Assembly (NCBI GenBank): GCA_026129405.1
Contig: JAHCID010000001.1
Location: 277,237-341,236 of the forward strand
DNA length: 64,000 bases
Direction of reading: 5' to 3'
DNA from: a bacterium
Lineage (GTDB): Bacteria; Desulfobacterota; Binatia; DP-6
The position numbers were made by a program, and so were the translations under genes. Below the pieces are notes generated by a model. That model had not been told where the DNA came from and made no database searches. It was given only the letters and a program-made list of their open reading frames with translations. Positions 45,960 to 54,881 of the stretch are shown one piece after another (the first letter of the stretch is position 1; every line of letters starts with the position of its first letter).

Positions 45960-48383
45960 CTACCAGCGCACCGGGCCCGGCCCGCTGCCCGACACCCGCC
46001 CATGCGAGGTTTCGAGCGTCACCGGTCCGCGCGCTTCCATCCGCCCGCGGCCGGTCGCCGCGACGCGGAACGTGCGGCTCGCGAAGCGCCCGCCCCGCCC
46101 GACGGCGAGCGTGCCACGCGCCGTCGGCTCGACGCCGAGGAGACGCAGGTAGCCGAGCAGCGGCTGCGCGTGGCTGTGGAGGTTGTTCACCGGGAACGCC
46201 TGCATCGACAGCGCCGGCGTGCCCCAGGTGCGGCCCGGCCGGCGCGACTCGGGCGCGTTCCAGCTGTCGGGGCCGGAGAGCGTGCCTTCCCACACGTCGG
46301 GGTAGGCGGCCGTGTGGCTGGCGAGCGACTGTCGCCGCCACTCGTCCCAGCCGAGCGCGGGGTCGACGCGCGCCGCGGCCCACACCAGCGTCATCGAGAT
46401 CGCGTACCAGATGCCGCCCGACGTCGCCTCGCCGAAGGTGCCGTTCGCGAGCTGCTCCGGCGACGGGGGCCAGCGCACGCGCGCGCCCAGCGGCGAGCGG
46501 ACGCGGTTGCCGGCGTCGATGGTGGCGAGGAGCGCGCGCGCCTGATCCGCGTCGGCGGCGCCGCAGAGGATCGCCCACGGCTGCACCTCGAGCCAGCAGT
46601 CGTCCTCGCCGACCGGCGGCACGCCCGGCGCGTAGGCGCGGTGGAACCAACGGCCGTTCCACGCCTGGCGCACGAGGTCGCGCAGCGCGTCCGCCTGCGC
46701 GCGCGCCTCGGCGGCGAGCGCCGCCTCGCCGAGCCGCTCGGCGAGCGCGGCGAACACCGGCAGCACCCAGGCCGCCATCGCCGAGTTCAGCACCGAGCCG
46801 CCGTGCTCGATCATCACCGCGGGATCGACGCCCGACTCGGCGATGGCGACGTCGTTCCAGTCGGCGTTGAGGATGCGTACGTGGCCGCGCTCGCCGCGGC
46901 CGACGCCGTCGACGAAGAAGCGGAACTGCCGGCGCAGGTGCTCGCGCAGCGGCACGGCGGGCGTGCTGCGCGCGGGATGATACGCGAGCGGGGCGTCGAA
47001 CGCGGCCAGATCGCCGGTCGCGGCGGCGTACTCGGCGGCGAGCCAGAGCGCCCACAGGTTCTGGTCGGAGGGACGGAAGATGATGTTCGTCGGCCGTTTC
47101 GCGCCGTCGAGCGCATAGGGCAGGTCGCCGTCGGGCGTCGCCCAGGCAGAGGTGTTGCGCAGGACGGAGAGCGCGAGGTCGGGCTCGAGGTAGCAGAGCG
47201 GCAGCGCGTGCTGGAGGGGGTCGCGCGCGGCGCCGTTGAAGCCGAGCAGGAACGAGTACGCCGACGCCTGGTCGAGCGTATGGCCGCCGATCACGCGATC
47301 GACGCCGAGTCCGCCGGTGAGGAGCGCCGCGTGCCACGGCACCTCGCGTCGCGCCTCCGGCGCCCGGCGCGCACGCGCCGCGGGCAGCCGGCGCGCGAGC
47401 GCGCGCAGCGAGGTCGCGAAGAGGCGACGCGGCGGGCCCATCGGCGCCGCGTCGGCGTGGCCGAAGCGGAACCACAGCTCGCGGGCGTCGCCCGGGCCGA
47501 GCGCCAGCGGCGTTTCGATCTCGAGCGTCGGATGCGGCGTGTCGGGGACGAGGCGCGACGTCCCGGCCGTAGCGCCGAGACGCTCCAGCACGAGCGTCGC
47601 CGGCGGCCCGATCAGGAACGCGGCGGCGGCGCCGGCAGGTCCGGGCGTGCCCGGCGTCGCGAAGCGCTCCCTTGCGACGAGTCCCGCGGCCGTCGGCGCG
47701 ACCTCGTAGGAGACGGCGAGCCCGGCGCGCGTGCGCCGCTGCGCCTCCGACTCGAGCAGGTTCAGGAAGCGCGGGCGCAGCGCCCAGCGCTCGACGTGGC
47801 GCAGCGTGCGCGGGCCGCGAGCGCCGCGGGCGAGCGTCAGACGGACGCGCACGAGCAGCCACGGCACGTCGCCGTCGGGCAGCAGCACCGTGCGCTCGAG
47901 CGCAAGGCCGTCGCGGGCGTCCTCGACCATGAACCACGTAGGCCCGAACGTGCGCCGCGACGGCGACGCGCCGGCCCGATCCGCGAACGCGCTGCCCCAG
48001 CGCACGCCGGCGTCGTCGAGCACCGAGACGCCGGTCCCGGTCGGATCGGGCGCGGTGAGCCAGCGCAGGCCGTGACGCTCGTCGAAGACGGCGACGCCGC
48101 CGTCGTTCGCGACCTGCATCGAGAGCGCGCGGTTCCCGAGCATCACCCAGTGCCGCCGGGTGCGCGGCGCCGCGATCGGATCCCACTCCGCCTCGGGGAC
48201 CGCCTCCTGATCCGCGAGGTAGACGAACGCGGGCAGCCCGCCGCGAACCACCCAGCGCCCCCAGCGACCGTCGGAACCGCCGCCGGAGGCCGCCGCGGCG
48301 GGCCAGGCACGAGTCGCGACCACGGCGCTGCTCACGGTCGCCAGCCGCAGGAAGGTCCGGCGCCTCACCGCCACACCGTCCAC
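45960..48383 (-). CDS. Putative Tat-exported (alpha/alpha)6-barrel glycoside hydrolase/phosphorylase-like protein (GH94 / cellobiose-phosphorylase-like)
   Basis: Twin-arginine motif VRRRTFLRLATVSSAVVATRAWPAAAA. The central part ..GHTLDQASAYSF..G.NGAARDPLQH.L......P......L...,..FRPSDQNLWALWLAAEY.. resembles the GH94/GT36 catalytic region. The start is uncertain (GTG at 48383, 48374 or 48368). Confidence 0.6.
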   Translation of the reverse strand: MDGVAVRRRTFLRLATVSSAVVATRAWPAAAASGGGSDGRWGRWVVRGGLPAFVYLADQEAVPEAEWDPIAAPRTRRHWVMLGNRALSMQVANDGGVAVFDERHGLRWLTAPDPTGTGVSVLDDAGVRWGSAFADRAGASPSRRTFGPTWFMVEDARDGLALERTVLLPDGDVPWLLVRVRLTLARGARGPRTLRHVERWALRPRFLNLLESEAQRRTRAGLAVSYEVAPTAAGLVARERFATPGTPGPAGAAAAFLIGPPATLVLERLGATAGTSRLVPDTPHPTLEIETPLALGPGDARELWFRFGHADAAPMGPPRRLFATSLRALARRLPAARARRAPEARREVPWHAALLTGGLGVDRVIGGHTLDQASAYSFLLGFNGAARDPLQHALPLCYLEPDLALSVLRNTSAWATPDGDLPYALDGAKRPTNIIFRPSDQNLWALWLAAEYAAATGDLAAFDAPLAYHPARSTPAVPLREHLRRQFRFFVDGVGRGERGHVRILNADWNDVAIAESGVDPAVMIEHGGSVLNSAMAAWVLPVFAALAERLGEAALAAEARAQADALRDLVRQAWNGRWFHRAYAPGVPPVGEDDCWLEVQPWAILCGAADADQARALLATIDAGNRVRSPLGARVRWPPSPEQLANGTFGEATSGGIWYAISMTLVWAAARVDPALGWDEWRRQSLASHTAAYPDVWEGTLSGPDSWNAPESRRPGRTWGTPALSMQAFPVNNLHSHAQPLLGYLRLLGVEPTARGTLAVGRGGRFASRTFRVAATGRGRMEARGPVTLETSHGRVSGSGPGPVRW

Positions 48384-48567
48384 CGGCGGGGGACGGCGCC
48401 CCGGGCTCGGCTGGGGACGCGAGCACCGGGGCGCCCGTGAGGGACTCTGGACATCTCCTTCGCTAGCATCGCCGTCGCGGAGGGGAAGCCCTTTTGTCGC
48501 GGAGCGGGCGCGGGGCGCATGGCCGCCCCGTAGCACGAACCCACCCGCACGGGGGACGAAATCCGCC

Positions 48568-49755
48568 TCAGGCCGGCGCGAACTCCACCGGCAGGCTGGC
48601 GATGCCGCGCACCAGCGTCGACGCCTCCCGGGCGGGCGACGACCCGGGTGCGACACGCATGTCGGCGAGGCGCTCGAGCAGCGCCGGGAGCATCACCCGC
48701 AGCTCCATGCGCGCCAGGTTGGCGCCGAGGCAGAAGTGGGTACCGATGCCGAAGGCCACGTGCGGGTTCGGGTCGCGGGCGATGTCGAAGGTGTCGGGGT
48801 CGGCGAAGACGCCGGCGTCGCGGTTGGCGCTCTGGTAGAGCATCAGCACCCGCTCGCCCGCGCGGATCGCCTGGCCGCGGATCTCGGTGTCGCGCGTCGC
48901 CGTGCGGCGGAAGCAGACGATGGGCGATACCCAGCGCAGGATCTCCTCGACCGCGCCGTCGATCAGCTCGGGGTGGCGGCGCAGGCGCTCGCGCTCGGCG
49001 GGGTGCTCCATCAGCGCCAGCATGCCGCCGGAGATGGCGTTGCGCGTGGTCTCGTTGCCGGCGACGAGGAGCAGGGTCATGAACATGACGATCTCGTCGT
49101 TCTCCATCGCCTCCTCGTCCTCGGCGAGCATGCCGTCCTGCTGCGCGGCGACGAGGATGGAGACGAGGTCGTCCTTTGGGCACACGCGGCGGTTCTCGAA
49201 GACCTCCTTCAGGTAGGTGCCGTACTCCACGTAGGCGCAGGTCGAGTCCGCCATCTTCACCGGGTCGTCGTAGTTGCCGGCGACGGCGATGAGGCGGTTC
49301 GACCAGTCGTGGAAGCGCGCGAAGTCCTCGCGGCGGATGCCGAGCATCTCGGCGATGATGTAGAGCGGCAGCGGCACGGCGAGGTCGCGCACGAGGTCGC
49401 AGCGGCCCTGCGGCAGGACGGCGTCGATCAGCTCCGCGGCCAGCGTGCGCACGCGCGGCTCGAGCATCGCCACCATGCGCGGCGTGAAGCCGCGGTTGAC
49501 GAGCTTGCGCAGACGGTTGTGGCGCGGGTCGTCCATGCAGACGATGGACACGGGCGTGTCGGTCTCGGGCAGCACGCCCTGCGCGGCGGAGAACACCTCG
49601 GCGTTCTTCGAGGTCGAGACCACGTCCTCCCACCTGGAGAGCACCCAGAGGTCGCTCGCCGCGTCCCGGTAGACGGGGGCGTTGGCGCGCAGCCAGGCGT
49701 AGGTGGGGTACGGATCGCCGGCGTAGAAGGTGGCGTCGGTGAGGTTCGGCGTCAT
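48568..49755 (-). CDS. Cytochrome P450
   Basis: I-helix LLLVAGNETT, EEILRW (ExxR), and heme loop FGIGTHFCLGANLAR. Confidence 0.92.
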   Translation of the reverse strand: MTPNLTDATFYAGDPYPTYAWLRANAPVYRDAASDLWVLSRWEDVVSTSKNAEVFSAAQGVLPETDTPVSIVCMDDPRHNRLRKLVNRGFTPRMVAMLEPRVRTLAAELIDAVLPQGRCDLVRDLAVPLPLYIIAEMLGIRREDFARFHDWSNRLIAVAGNYDDPVKMADSTCAYVEYGTYLKEVFENRRVCPKDDLVSILVAAQQDGMLAEDEEAMENDEIVMFMTLLLVAGNETTRNAISGGMLALMEHPAERERLRRHPELIDGAVEEILRWVSPIVCFRRTATRDTEIRGQAIRAGERVLMLYQSANRDAGVFADPDTFDIARDPNPHVAFGIGTHFCLGANLARMELRVMLPALLERLADMRVAPGSSPAREASTLVRGIASLPVEFAPA

Positions 49756-49759
49756 CGGC

Positions 49760-50887
49760 TCAGGCGCCGGCGTCGGAGAGCTGCTGGAGCCGCTCGACGC
49801 ACTCGAGGTACTCCTGCACGAGGCCGTAGACGACGTCCTTCACCGGCCGCACCGTGTTCATGGTGCCGACGATCTGGCCCACCGGGTTGAACATCACGGC
49901 CTTGGCCTTGTCGGCGTAGCGGTGCGTGCGGGCGACGGCGTCGGCCGTCACCATGAACTGGAGCGGCATGCCGAGCGGCTTCGGGTTGTCCGGCGCCTCC
50001 CAGGCCTCGGTCCAGTCGTTCTTCAGCATGCGGCAGGGCTTGCCGGTGAAGGAGCGCGAGCGGACCGTGTCCCGGCTGGTCGCGGCGAGGTAGGCGTCGC
50101 GCTGCGCCGGCGGCGCCTCGGCCTCGGCGACGGTGAGCCAGATCGAGCCGGTCCACACGCCCTGCGCGCCCATCGCCAGCGCCGCCGCGATCTGCTTGCC
50201 GGTGCCGACGCCGCCCGCTGCCAGCACGGGCGTCGGCGCGACCGCCTCGATCACCTCGGGCCACAGCACCATGCTGCCGATCTCGCCCGTGTGGCCGCCG
50301 CCCTCGGTGCCCTGCGCGATGACGATGTCGACGCCCGCGTCGCGATGCGAGCGCGCCTGCTTGGCGGCGCCGCACAGCGCGGCCACGAGCCGGCCCGACT
50401 CGTGCACGCGCTCGATGACGTCGGCGGGCGGCGTGCCGAGGGCGTTGGCGATGAGGCGCACCTTCGGGTGCCGCAGCGCGACCTCGAGCTGCGGGTTGGC
50501 CGTGGCCGCGGTCCAGCCGAGCAGCTCGCCGATCGGCTTCTCGTCCGGCGGCAGCTTCGGCACGCCGTGCTCCTCGAGGACGCGGTCGGCGAACTTGCGG
50601 TGCTCCTCGGGGATCATCGCGACCAGCATCGCCTCGAGCTTGGCCGGATCGACCTCGCCCATGCCCTCGTACTTGCCGGGGATGACGACGTCGACGCCGT
50701 ACGGCTTGTCGCCGACGTGCTCGTCGATCCACTTGCACTCGACCTCGAGCTGCTCCGGCGTGAAGCCGACCGCGCCGAGCACGCCGAAGCCGCCGGCGCG
50801 GCTCACCGCCGCGACCACGTCGCGGCAATGGCTGAAGGCGAAGATGGGGAACTCGATGCCGAGCTTCGAGCAGAGCGGGGTACGCAC
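49760..50887 (-). CDS. Nitronate monooxygenase (NMO / 2-nitropropane dioxygenase family, FMN-dependent)
   Basis: ..LGIEFPIFAF.H......AVS.AGGFGVLG..,..D.VIAQG.EGGGHTG.I....L.P.V..,..AAGG...G.Q.AAALA.GA.GVW.GS.W. GTG start at 50887 preceded by AAGGAG. There is a 4-nt gap to the P450 gene. Confidence 0.9.
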   Translation of the reverse strand: MRTPLCSKLGIEFPIFAFSHCRDVVAAVSRAGGFGVLGAVGFTPEQLEVECKWIDEHVGDKPYGVDVVIPGKYEGMGEVDPAKLEAMLVAMIPEEHRKFADRVLEEHGVPKLPPDEKPIGELLGWTAATANPQLEVALRHPKVRLIANALGTPPADVIERVHESGRLVAALCGAAKQARSHRDAGVDIVIAQGTEGGGHTGEIGSMVLWPEVIEAVAPTPVLAAGGVGTGKQIAAALAMGAQGVWTGSIWLTVAEAEAPPAQRDAYLAATSRDTVRSRSFTGKPCRMLKNDWTEAWEAPDNPKPLGMPLQFMVTADAVARTHRYADKAKAVMFNPVGQIVGTMNTVRPVKDVVYGLVQEYLECVERLQQLSDAGA

Positions 50888-50944
50888 GTGGGTCTCCTTC
50901 CCGAGGGCGGCCGCGGCCGCGATGTGACGGGCTGTAAAATAGGT

Positions 50945-50961
50945 GTTGACAGGTTGTCAAC
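50945..50961. promoter_or_regulatory. Probable TetR operator: GTTGACA-GGT-TGTCAAC
   Basis: Perfect 7-3-7 inverted repeat in the 75-bp divergent NMO-P450/TetR intergenic region. It ends 2 nt before the TetR ATG (50963), contains TTGACA, and sits next to the local AT-rich stretch TGTAAAATAGG. Confidence 0.5.
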
Positions 50962-50962
50962 C

Positions 50963-51667
50963 ATGTCGCATGCCCTGCCCGTGCGCTCCCCCGGCCCGGC
51001 CCGACGCGGCAAGCTCGCCCTGCGCGGCCGCGCCGTGCGCCCGGACGCGACGCCGCGCCGCCTGCGTCTCGCCGCCGGCGAGCGCCGCCAGGCGCTCCTC
51101 GACGCGGCCGCACGCCTCCTCTCGGCGCAGGGCGTCGACGCCGTGCAGTTCGCCGAGGTCGCGGCGGCGGCGGGCGTCACCCGGCAGCTCGTCTACCGCT
51201 TCTTCCCGAACCGCCAGGCGCTGGTCATGGCCGTGCTCGAGGACTTCGCGGCCGAGCTGACGCGCCGCTTCGGCGAAGGCGCGACGCGCATCATCCCCGG
51301 CAGCCTCGGCGACGCCGCCCGTATCTTCGTCGAGGCCGTCTGCGACACCATCGATACCAAGGGCATCGGCGCGTGGCAGCTCCTCGACGCGAAAGGCCCC
51401 GACCCGGAGATCGCGCGCCTCGGCCAGGCCATCCAGGACCGGCTCGTCGAGCCGTGGTACGCGCGGATCGCGGCCACCACGGGCGCCAGCGAGCGTGAGG
51501 TCGCGGCGCTGGCGCGCATGATCGTCGCCGCCGGCCGGGCGGTGCTCGACCTCTGGTACGCGGGCGGCCTGACGCGCGACGAGGCCGTCCGCGACGCGAC
51601 GCGCGGCGTAACCGGCATGCTCGGCGCGTTCACCGGGCCGCGGCCGGGCCGCACGCCCCGGCGCTAG
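50963..51667 (+). CDS. TetR/AcrR-family transcriptional regulator
   Basis: HTH region ..RRQALLDAAARLLSAQGVDAVQFAEVAAAAGVTRQLVYRFFPNRQAL.. ATG at 50963. Confidence 0.85.
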   Translation: MSHALPVRSPGPARRGKLALRGRAVRPDATPRRLRLAAGERRQALLDAAARLLSAQGVDAVQFAEVAAAAGVTRQLVYRFFPNRQALVMAVLEDFAAELTRRFGEGATRIIPGSLGDAARIFVEAVCDTIDTKGIGAWQLLDAKGPDPEIARLGQAIQDRLVEPWYARIAATTGASEREVAALARMIVAAGRAVLDLWYAGGLTRDEAVRDATRGVTGMLGAFTGPRPGRTPRR

Positions 51668-51763
51668 CGCCTCGCGGCCCGACGCCCGGGCGTCTCGGCC
51701 TACTTGCATTGACTGTGCAACTACCGAGCTGGCATGGTCGCGCCTCGCCAGAAGGAGGGGCCC

Positions 51764-53995
51764 ATGCGCACGCATCCGCGACTCGTCGTCCTCGCCGCCG
51801 TCCCGCTGCTCGTCGCCGCCTGCCGTGGTCACCACGAAGGCCCCGGCGAGGCCGCGACGTCCCGCCCGCCCGACGCCGCGATCGCCGCGCGCGCGAGCGC
51901 GGAGCGCACCGCGCTCGCCGGCCTCGGCGGCACGCCCGAGGCCGAGAAGCAGGTCCTCTTCGGCGACCTCCACGTCCACACCACGTTCTCCGCCGACGCC
52001 TTCATGCGCAGCCTGCCGATGCTCCAGGGCGAGGGCGCGCATCCGCCGGCCGACGCCTGCGACTTCGCGCGCTACTGCTCCGCGCTCGACTTCTGGAGCA
52101 TCAACGACCACGCCGAGGCGCTCACCCCGCAGCACTGGCAGGAGACGAAGGACGCCATCCGCCAGTGCAACGCCGTCGCCGGCGACCCGAAGAACCCCGA
52201 CCTGGTCTCGTTCCTCGGCTGGGAGTGGACGCAGGTGGGGCAGACGCCCGACGACCACTACGGCCACAAGAACGTCGTCCTGCGCCACACCGACGACGAC
52301 AAGATCCCGACCCGCCCCATCGCCGCGCTGAGCCCGCAGCTGATCGGGGCGCTGCGCCGCCGCCCCCCGCTGTGGCAGCGCGTCCAGTTCCCCCTGCTCG
52401 ACTGGCAGAACCGCCAGCGCTACCTCGACCTCGGCGTCTTCATCGAGGAGGTACGCGCCACCCCGATCTGCCCCGAGGGCGTCGACGTCCACGATCTCCC
52501 CGCCGACTGCCTCGAGTCCGCGAACACCCCGCGCGAGCTGTTCGAGAAGCTCGCCCAGTGGCACCACGAGGCGATCGTGATCCCGCACGGCAACACGTGG
52601 GGCTTCTACACGCCGCCGGGCTCGAGCTGGGACAAGCAGCTCGTCGGCGACCAGCACGATCCCACCCGCCAGACGCTCATCGAGGTCTACTCCGGCCACG
52701 GCAATTCGGAGGAGTACCGTGCCTGGGAGACGGAGGGCCTCGACGCGCAGGGCAATCCCGTGTGTCCCGCACCGACGAAGGAGTATCTGCCGTGCTGCTG
52801 GCAGGCCGGCGAGCTGATCCGCCGGCGCTGCGGCGACATCCCCGCCGCGGAGTGCGAGCAGCGCGTGGTCGACGCGCAGCGGAACTTCATCCAGGCCGGC
52901 GTCGCCGGCCGGCAGACGCAGCCGTGGGCGACGGCCGAGGAGTGGCTCGACTGCGGCCAGTGCCGTGACTGCTTCCTGCCCGCCTTCAACACGCGCCCGA
53001 AGAGCTCGGCCCAGTACGCGCTCGCGATCTCGAACTTCGACGATCCCACGAAGAGCCCGCGCCGCTTCCGCTTCGGCTTCATCGGCTCGAGCGACAACCA
53101 CTCCGCGCGCGGCGGCACCGGCTACAAGGAGTTCGGCCGGCGCATCAACACCGAGGCCGCCGGCGCCCGCGACGCCGCCTGGCAGGCGCGCGTGATGGGC
53201 ACGCCGCCGCCGCCCGCGGACGTGTCGCGGCCCTTCGTCCTGACCCAGCCCGGCGACGAGGACGGCCCCATGGCCTTCCAGATCCTCGACATGGAGCGGC
53301 AGGCGTCGTTCTTCATGACCGGCGGACTCGTCGCCGTCCACGCCGCCGGCCGCGACCGCGACAGCATCTGGGACGGCCTCCAGCGGCGCGAGGTCTACGC
53401 GACCAGCGGGCCGCGCATCCTCCTGTGGTTCGACCTCCTGAACGCCCCGAGCGGCGTCGCGCCGATGGGCTCGGAGGTGACGCTCGCGGAAGCGCCGCGC
53501 TTCCGCGTACGCGCGAGCGGCGCATTCGTACAGCAGCCCGGCTGCCCCGACTGGGCCGCCGAGCGGATCGGCGCCGAGCGCCTGGAGCACCTCTGCCGCG
53601 GCGAGTGCTACAACCCCGGCGACGCACGCCACCGCATCACCCGCGTCGAGATCGTCCGCATCCGCCCGCAGGCGACGCCGGGCGAGGACGTCGGCGGCCT
53701 CATCGAGGATCCGTGGAAGCGCGTCGAGTGCCCGGCGAACACCGCCGGCTGCGTCGTCGAGTTCGACGATCCCGAGTTCGCCGCCGGCGACCGCGAGTTC
53801 GTCTACTACGCGCGCGCCGTGCAGGAGCCGACGCAGGCGGTGAACGCGGCGGGGCTGCGCTGCCAGTACGACGCCAGCGGCGCCTGCGTCTCGGTGAACC
53901 CGTGCTTCGGCGACTACCGCACGCCGTACGACGACGACTGCCTCGCGCCCGCCGAGGAGCGCGCCTGGTCGTCGCCGATCTTCGTGCGGCGGTGA
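51764..53995 (+). CDS. DUF3604-domain lipoprotein (PHP-like predicted metal-dependent hydrolase)
   Basis: RBS GAAGGAGGGG then ATG at 51764, lipobox LLVAAC. ..VLFGDLHVHTTFSADAF..,..DFWSINDHAE..,..GWEWTQ..,..IPHGN.WG..,..GFIGSSDNH..,..WSSPIF.. are typical of DUF3604. Confidence 0.8.
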   Translation: MRTHPRLVVLAAVPLLVAACRGHHEGPGEAATSRPPDAAIAARASAERTALAGLGGTPEAEKQVLFGDLHVHTTFSADAFMRSLPMLQGEGAHPPADACDFARYCSALDFWSINDHAEALTPQHWQETKDAIRQCNAVAGDPKNPDLVSFLGWEWTQVGQTPDDHYGHKNVVLRHTDDDKIPTRPIAALSPQLIGALRRRPPLWQRVQFPLLDWQNRQRYLDLGVFIEEVRATPICPEGVDVHDLPADCLESANTPRELFEKLAQWHHEAIVIPHGNTWGFYTPPGSSWDKQLVGDQHDPTRQTLIEVYSGHGNSEEYRAWETEGLDAQGNPVCPAPTKEYLPCCWQAGELIRRRCGDIPAAECEQRVVDAQRNFIQAGVAGRQTQPWATAEEWLDCGQCRDCFLPAFNTRPKSSAQYALAISNFDDPTKSPRRFRFGFIGSSDNHSARGGTGYKEFGRRINTEAAGARDAAWQARVMGTPPPPADVSRPFVLTQPGDEDGPMAFQILDMERQASFFMTGGLVAVHAAGRDRDSIWDGLQRREVYATSGPRILLWFDLLNAPSGVAPMGSEVTLAEAPRFRVRASGAFVQQPGCPDWAAERIGAERLEHLCRGECYNPGDARHRITRVEIVRIRPQATPGEDVGGLIEDPWKRVECPANTAGCVVEFDDPEFAAGDREFVYYARAVQEPTQAVNAAGLRCQYDASGACVSVNPCFGDYRTPYDDDCLAPAEERAWSSPIFVRR

Positions 53996-53999
53996 CGTC

Positions 54000-54881
54000 G
54001 TGGCCGACCGCGGCATGCGACTGCTCGGCCTGGGGGCGGCGATCGGGCTCGCCGTGGCCGCGGCCGGCCTGCTGCGCTCCGGGCGCCCGGGCGCGCACGA
54101 CGCGGCCGACGGCGCGGTCGCGCGCGTGAACGGCGTCGCCATCCGCGCCGACGACTACCAGCGCGCGCTCGCGGGCGTCGCCGACGGGCGGCGCGAGGAT
54201 CCCGACGGCGCGCTCCGCCGCCACGTCCTCGAGCGGCTCGTCGACGAGGAGCTGCTCGTGCAGCGCGGCCTCGAGCTGGGGCTCGCCCAGGTCGACCCGC
54301 GCGTGCGGCGCGAGCTGGCCGCCGCCGTGATCGCGGCCGCGATCGCCCAGCCGGGCGACGCGCCCGATCCGACGCCCGACCAGCTGGCCGCGTTCTATGC
54401 CGCCGAGCGCGGCTTCTTCGCCCGCGCCGCCCGCGTGCAGGTGCAGCGTCTGGATCGCGGACGACGCCGGCGGCGTCGCGGACCCGCGGGCGCGGCCGCG
54501 GACCGTGCGGCCGCGGCCGCGGCCCGCCTGCGCGCCGGCGACGAGGTCGCGACCGTGCGTGCCGCCGTCGGCGACCCCGAGCCGACGCCGCTGCCCGACG
54601 CGCTGCTGCCGCCGGCGAAGCTCGCCGACTACCTCGGCTCGAGCGCGCTGCGCAGCGCGCTGACGCTGCCTGTGGGCGGCGTCAGCGCGCCGCTGCGCAC
54701 CAGCGGCGGGCAGGCCGTGCTCATGGTCGTCGCGCGCGAGACGGGCGAGCCGCCGCCGCTCGAGACCATCGGCGACGAGGTGCGCGCCGAGTGGAAGCGC
54801 CGCGCCGGCGAGCGCGCGCTGCGGGCGTACCTCGACGGCCTGCGGGCCCGCGCCGACGTCCAGGTGGCGGCGGCGCCGTGA
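54000..54881 (+). CDS. Membrane-anchored SurA-N/PpiC (parvulin)-like periplasmic chaperone-like protein
   Basis: GTG at 54000, 4 nt after the DUF3604 stop. TM anchor LLGLGAAIGLAVAAAGLL. ..ARVNGVAIRADDYQRAL..LERLVDEELLVQRGLELGL.. is SurA-N-like. The middle contains an odd RRRRRR run (see findings). Confidence 0.6.
   Translation: MADRGMRLLGLGAAIGLAVAAAGLLRSGRPGAHDAADGAVARVNGVAIRADDYQRALAGVADGRREDPDGALRRHVLERLVDEELLVQRGLELGLAQVDPRVRRELAAAVIAAAIAQPGDAPDPTPDQLAAFYAAERGFFARAARVQVQRLDRGRRRRRRGPAGAAADRAAAAAARLRAGDEVATVRAAVGDPEPTPLPDALLPPAKLADYLGSSALRSALTLPVGGVSAPLRTSGGQAVLMVVARETGEPPPLETIGDEVRAEWKRRAGERALRAYLDGLRARADVQVAAAP

Noticed and set aside
48365-48469. A small ORF (MLAKEMSRVPHGRPGARVPSRARGAVPRRWTVWR) with GAAGGAG directly in front of an internal ATG, upstream of and overlapping the GH94-like start
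   Set aside because: The peptide is Arg/Pro-rich with no hydrophobic core. The SD-ATG spacing is essentially zero. It is more likely noise or part of the 5' UTR, and I mention it only as a caveat on the GH94-like start assignment.
50957-54142. A 1061-aa minus-strand ORF opposite TetR and DUF3604. Similar long shadows occur at 6842-9142, 9541-12168, 45820-48426, 46002-48440, 54629-56836 and 56829-59354
   Set aside because: Same reasoning: extreme Arg/Ala/Gly composition, no recognisable motifs, and always antisense or out of frame to a gene with strong family evidence.
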